Shown in pieces: positions 46,421 through 47,416 of a stretch of DNA of 47,416 nt. Both the position numbers and the translations under genes were made by a program. The notes under the pieces are model-generated. The model was not told where the DNA came from. It did not search any database and saw only the letters and a list, made by a program, of their open reading frames with translations. The stretch is from an uncultured Thermoplasmata archaeon (GTDB lineage: Archaea; Thermoplasmatota; DTKX01; DATEUP01): NCBI GenBank assembly GCA_965541515.1, contig CBEUCC010000003.1, forward strand, positions 1 to 47,416, read 5' to 3'. Numbering within the stretch: position 1 is the first letter of the stretch; each line of letters starts with the position of its first letter.

Positions 46421-47416
46421 ATGAGCTCCATGCCGGGTGGCCGCCTTTCGGTGCGGCGGGTGATCGTCCCGCTGACGGTGGTCGGGGTCTCATCGATTAT
46501 CCTCTTGGCCTTTGGCGCCGTCGCCGAAGAGGGGCGCTTGCCACTACCAGAGACTCCCTCGTCCCCCCCGGATATCGACCTATGGGCCGGTCGGGCAAAC
46601 TGGACCCAAGTCCGGATAGAGCTACCCAACGGCACGCAGCCGTCCAATCGCATAGGCCTTGCCATTTGGAATGAGGATGGGTTGAATGCGGTCGACTTCC
46701 GCACCTCGATAGTAAACCTTGGAGAAGAATCCATTCCTGATCCAAGCGCCACCAATTCGCTTGGAATCGTCGTGAAAAACGACACGATTCGCTTCTTGCC
46801 TGGCGACCCCGCAATCCTTGAGGTTGAACTCTCGGTCGACGTATCGTACGACGGCCCACCCGTGGGAAGGCTGCTCGTAGGTGTGTTTCGGGATCCGCTT
46901 CAGGCCATAGTGAGCTTTAATTCCACAACGACTGTCAACGTCCACCACCGACTAGCCTGGGCATATGAGCCGTTACTGTGGACCCATCTTTGGGGAAACT
47001 ACACCGCTGGAACGTGGGTCAACAACACAACTGTCGTTGTTTTGGAGGCCGGGCCCCTCGTCTACGAGGGGACCTCCGAAATCGCGGCATTAGCGCCAGC
47101 GGATTGGGGCATTTCCGCCGACCCCGAGATAGTCGTGCTGACGGTGCCGAGTCCATCCGGCCAGGTTTCTCGGCGATTCTCTCTGGACGGGGTGGTTGAA
47201 TCAGGCGAGTACTCGATTCGCATCGATCCGTTCTTGGCTAATGGATGGAGCCCCCAATTGGACCCCGCCCTTCTCCGTTCGTGGGCGATAGGAATCGACG
47301 TTGCCCCCCCCTCCGCCGCCGCCGGCTCCCCGCCCCCCGGCCCCGCGGCCCCTCGGCTCCCCGGCCCCCCCCCGCCGACGCAGGGCGGAGACCCTTACCT
47401 GGCTGCCCGGCTTGGT
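46421..47416 (+). CDS. 3'-truncated secreted or membrane-anchored hypothetical protein (absent from the ORF track because it has no stop in the window)
   Basis: Open from ATG 46421 (or 46385) to the window end: MSSMPGGRLSVRRVIVPLTVVGVSSIILLAFGAVA.... Multiple NxS/T sites (NWT, NGT, NDT, NST, NYT, NNT). Visibly lower GC. Confidence 0.7.
   Translation, partial: MSSMPGGRLSVRRVIVPLTVVGVSSIILLAFGAVAEEGRLPLPETPSSPPDIDLWAGRANWTQVRIELPNGTQPSNRIGLAIWNEDGLNAVDFRTSIVNLGEESIPDPSATNSLGIVVKNDTIRFLPGDPAILEVELSVDVSYDGPPVGRLLVGVFRDPLQAIVSFNSTTTVNVHHRLAWAYEPLLWTHLWGNYTAGTWVNNTTVVVLEAGPLVYEGTSEIAALAPADWGISADPEIVVLTVPSPSGQVSRRFSLDGVVESGEYSIRIDPFLANGWSPQLDPALLRSWAIGIDVAPPSAAAGSPPPGPAAPRLPGPPPPTQGGDPYLAARLG

Noticed and set aside
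46369-46948. Minus-strand ORFs 46369..46785 and 46622..46948
   Set aside because: They are antisense to the uninterrupted + strand secreted-protein frame, which has a signal peptide and plausible composition.
1-47416. Amber (TAG) or ochre (TAA) recoding
   Set aside because: TAG ends conserved proteins at their expected termini (GuaAB ...VEWE, DP2 ...IEDF, YchF). TAA ends the redoxin and C25 genes. No pyl genes are seen.

Overview
High-GC archaeal genomic DNA, most consistent with a Thermoplasmatota/Thermoplasmata-type euryarchaeon. This placement is inferred from PolD large subunit DP2, Rpo11, wHTH-fused CTP-dependent riboflavin kinase, split GMP synthase, archaeal YchF/NOG1, a C25 gingipain-like protease and a TM-anchored tandem wHTH protein. 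Housekeeping genes (ychF, purE, guaAB, polC/DP2, NOG1 GTPase, ribK/rbkR, rpoL, truD, nadX) are interleaved with about 27 kb (more than half the window) of genes for secreted or membrane-anchored proteins built from beta-propeller, Ig-like (NEW3/CARDB) and FG-GAP modules. The most notable items are: (1) a 12.5-kb tandem array of four paralogous surface proteins (11629-24195), in which copy 2 has its ATGs out of frame across a G6 tract and copy 3 is headless with one internal TAA; (2) an orphan Tat-exported Rieske protein whose box-II ligand Cys is replaced by Asp (DPCH); (3) a BrnT-type toxin paired with an AbrB-like partner; (4) an isolated C-terminal fragment of a type I restriction R subunit in an accessory patch next to polC; (5) a 1216-aa one-component sensor with a large ectodomain and tandem wHTH; (6) a probable CTG start for purE. 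No rRNA, tRNA, CRISPR array, transposase, integrase or reverse transcriptase was recognised. All family assignments come from motif recognition by eye, not from database searches.
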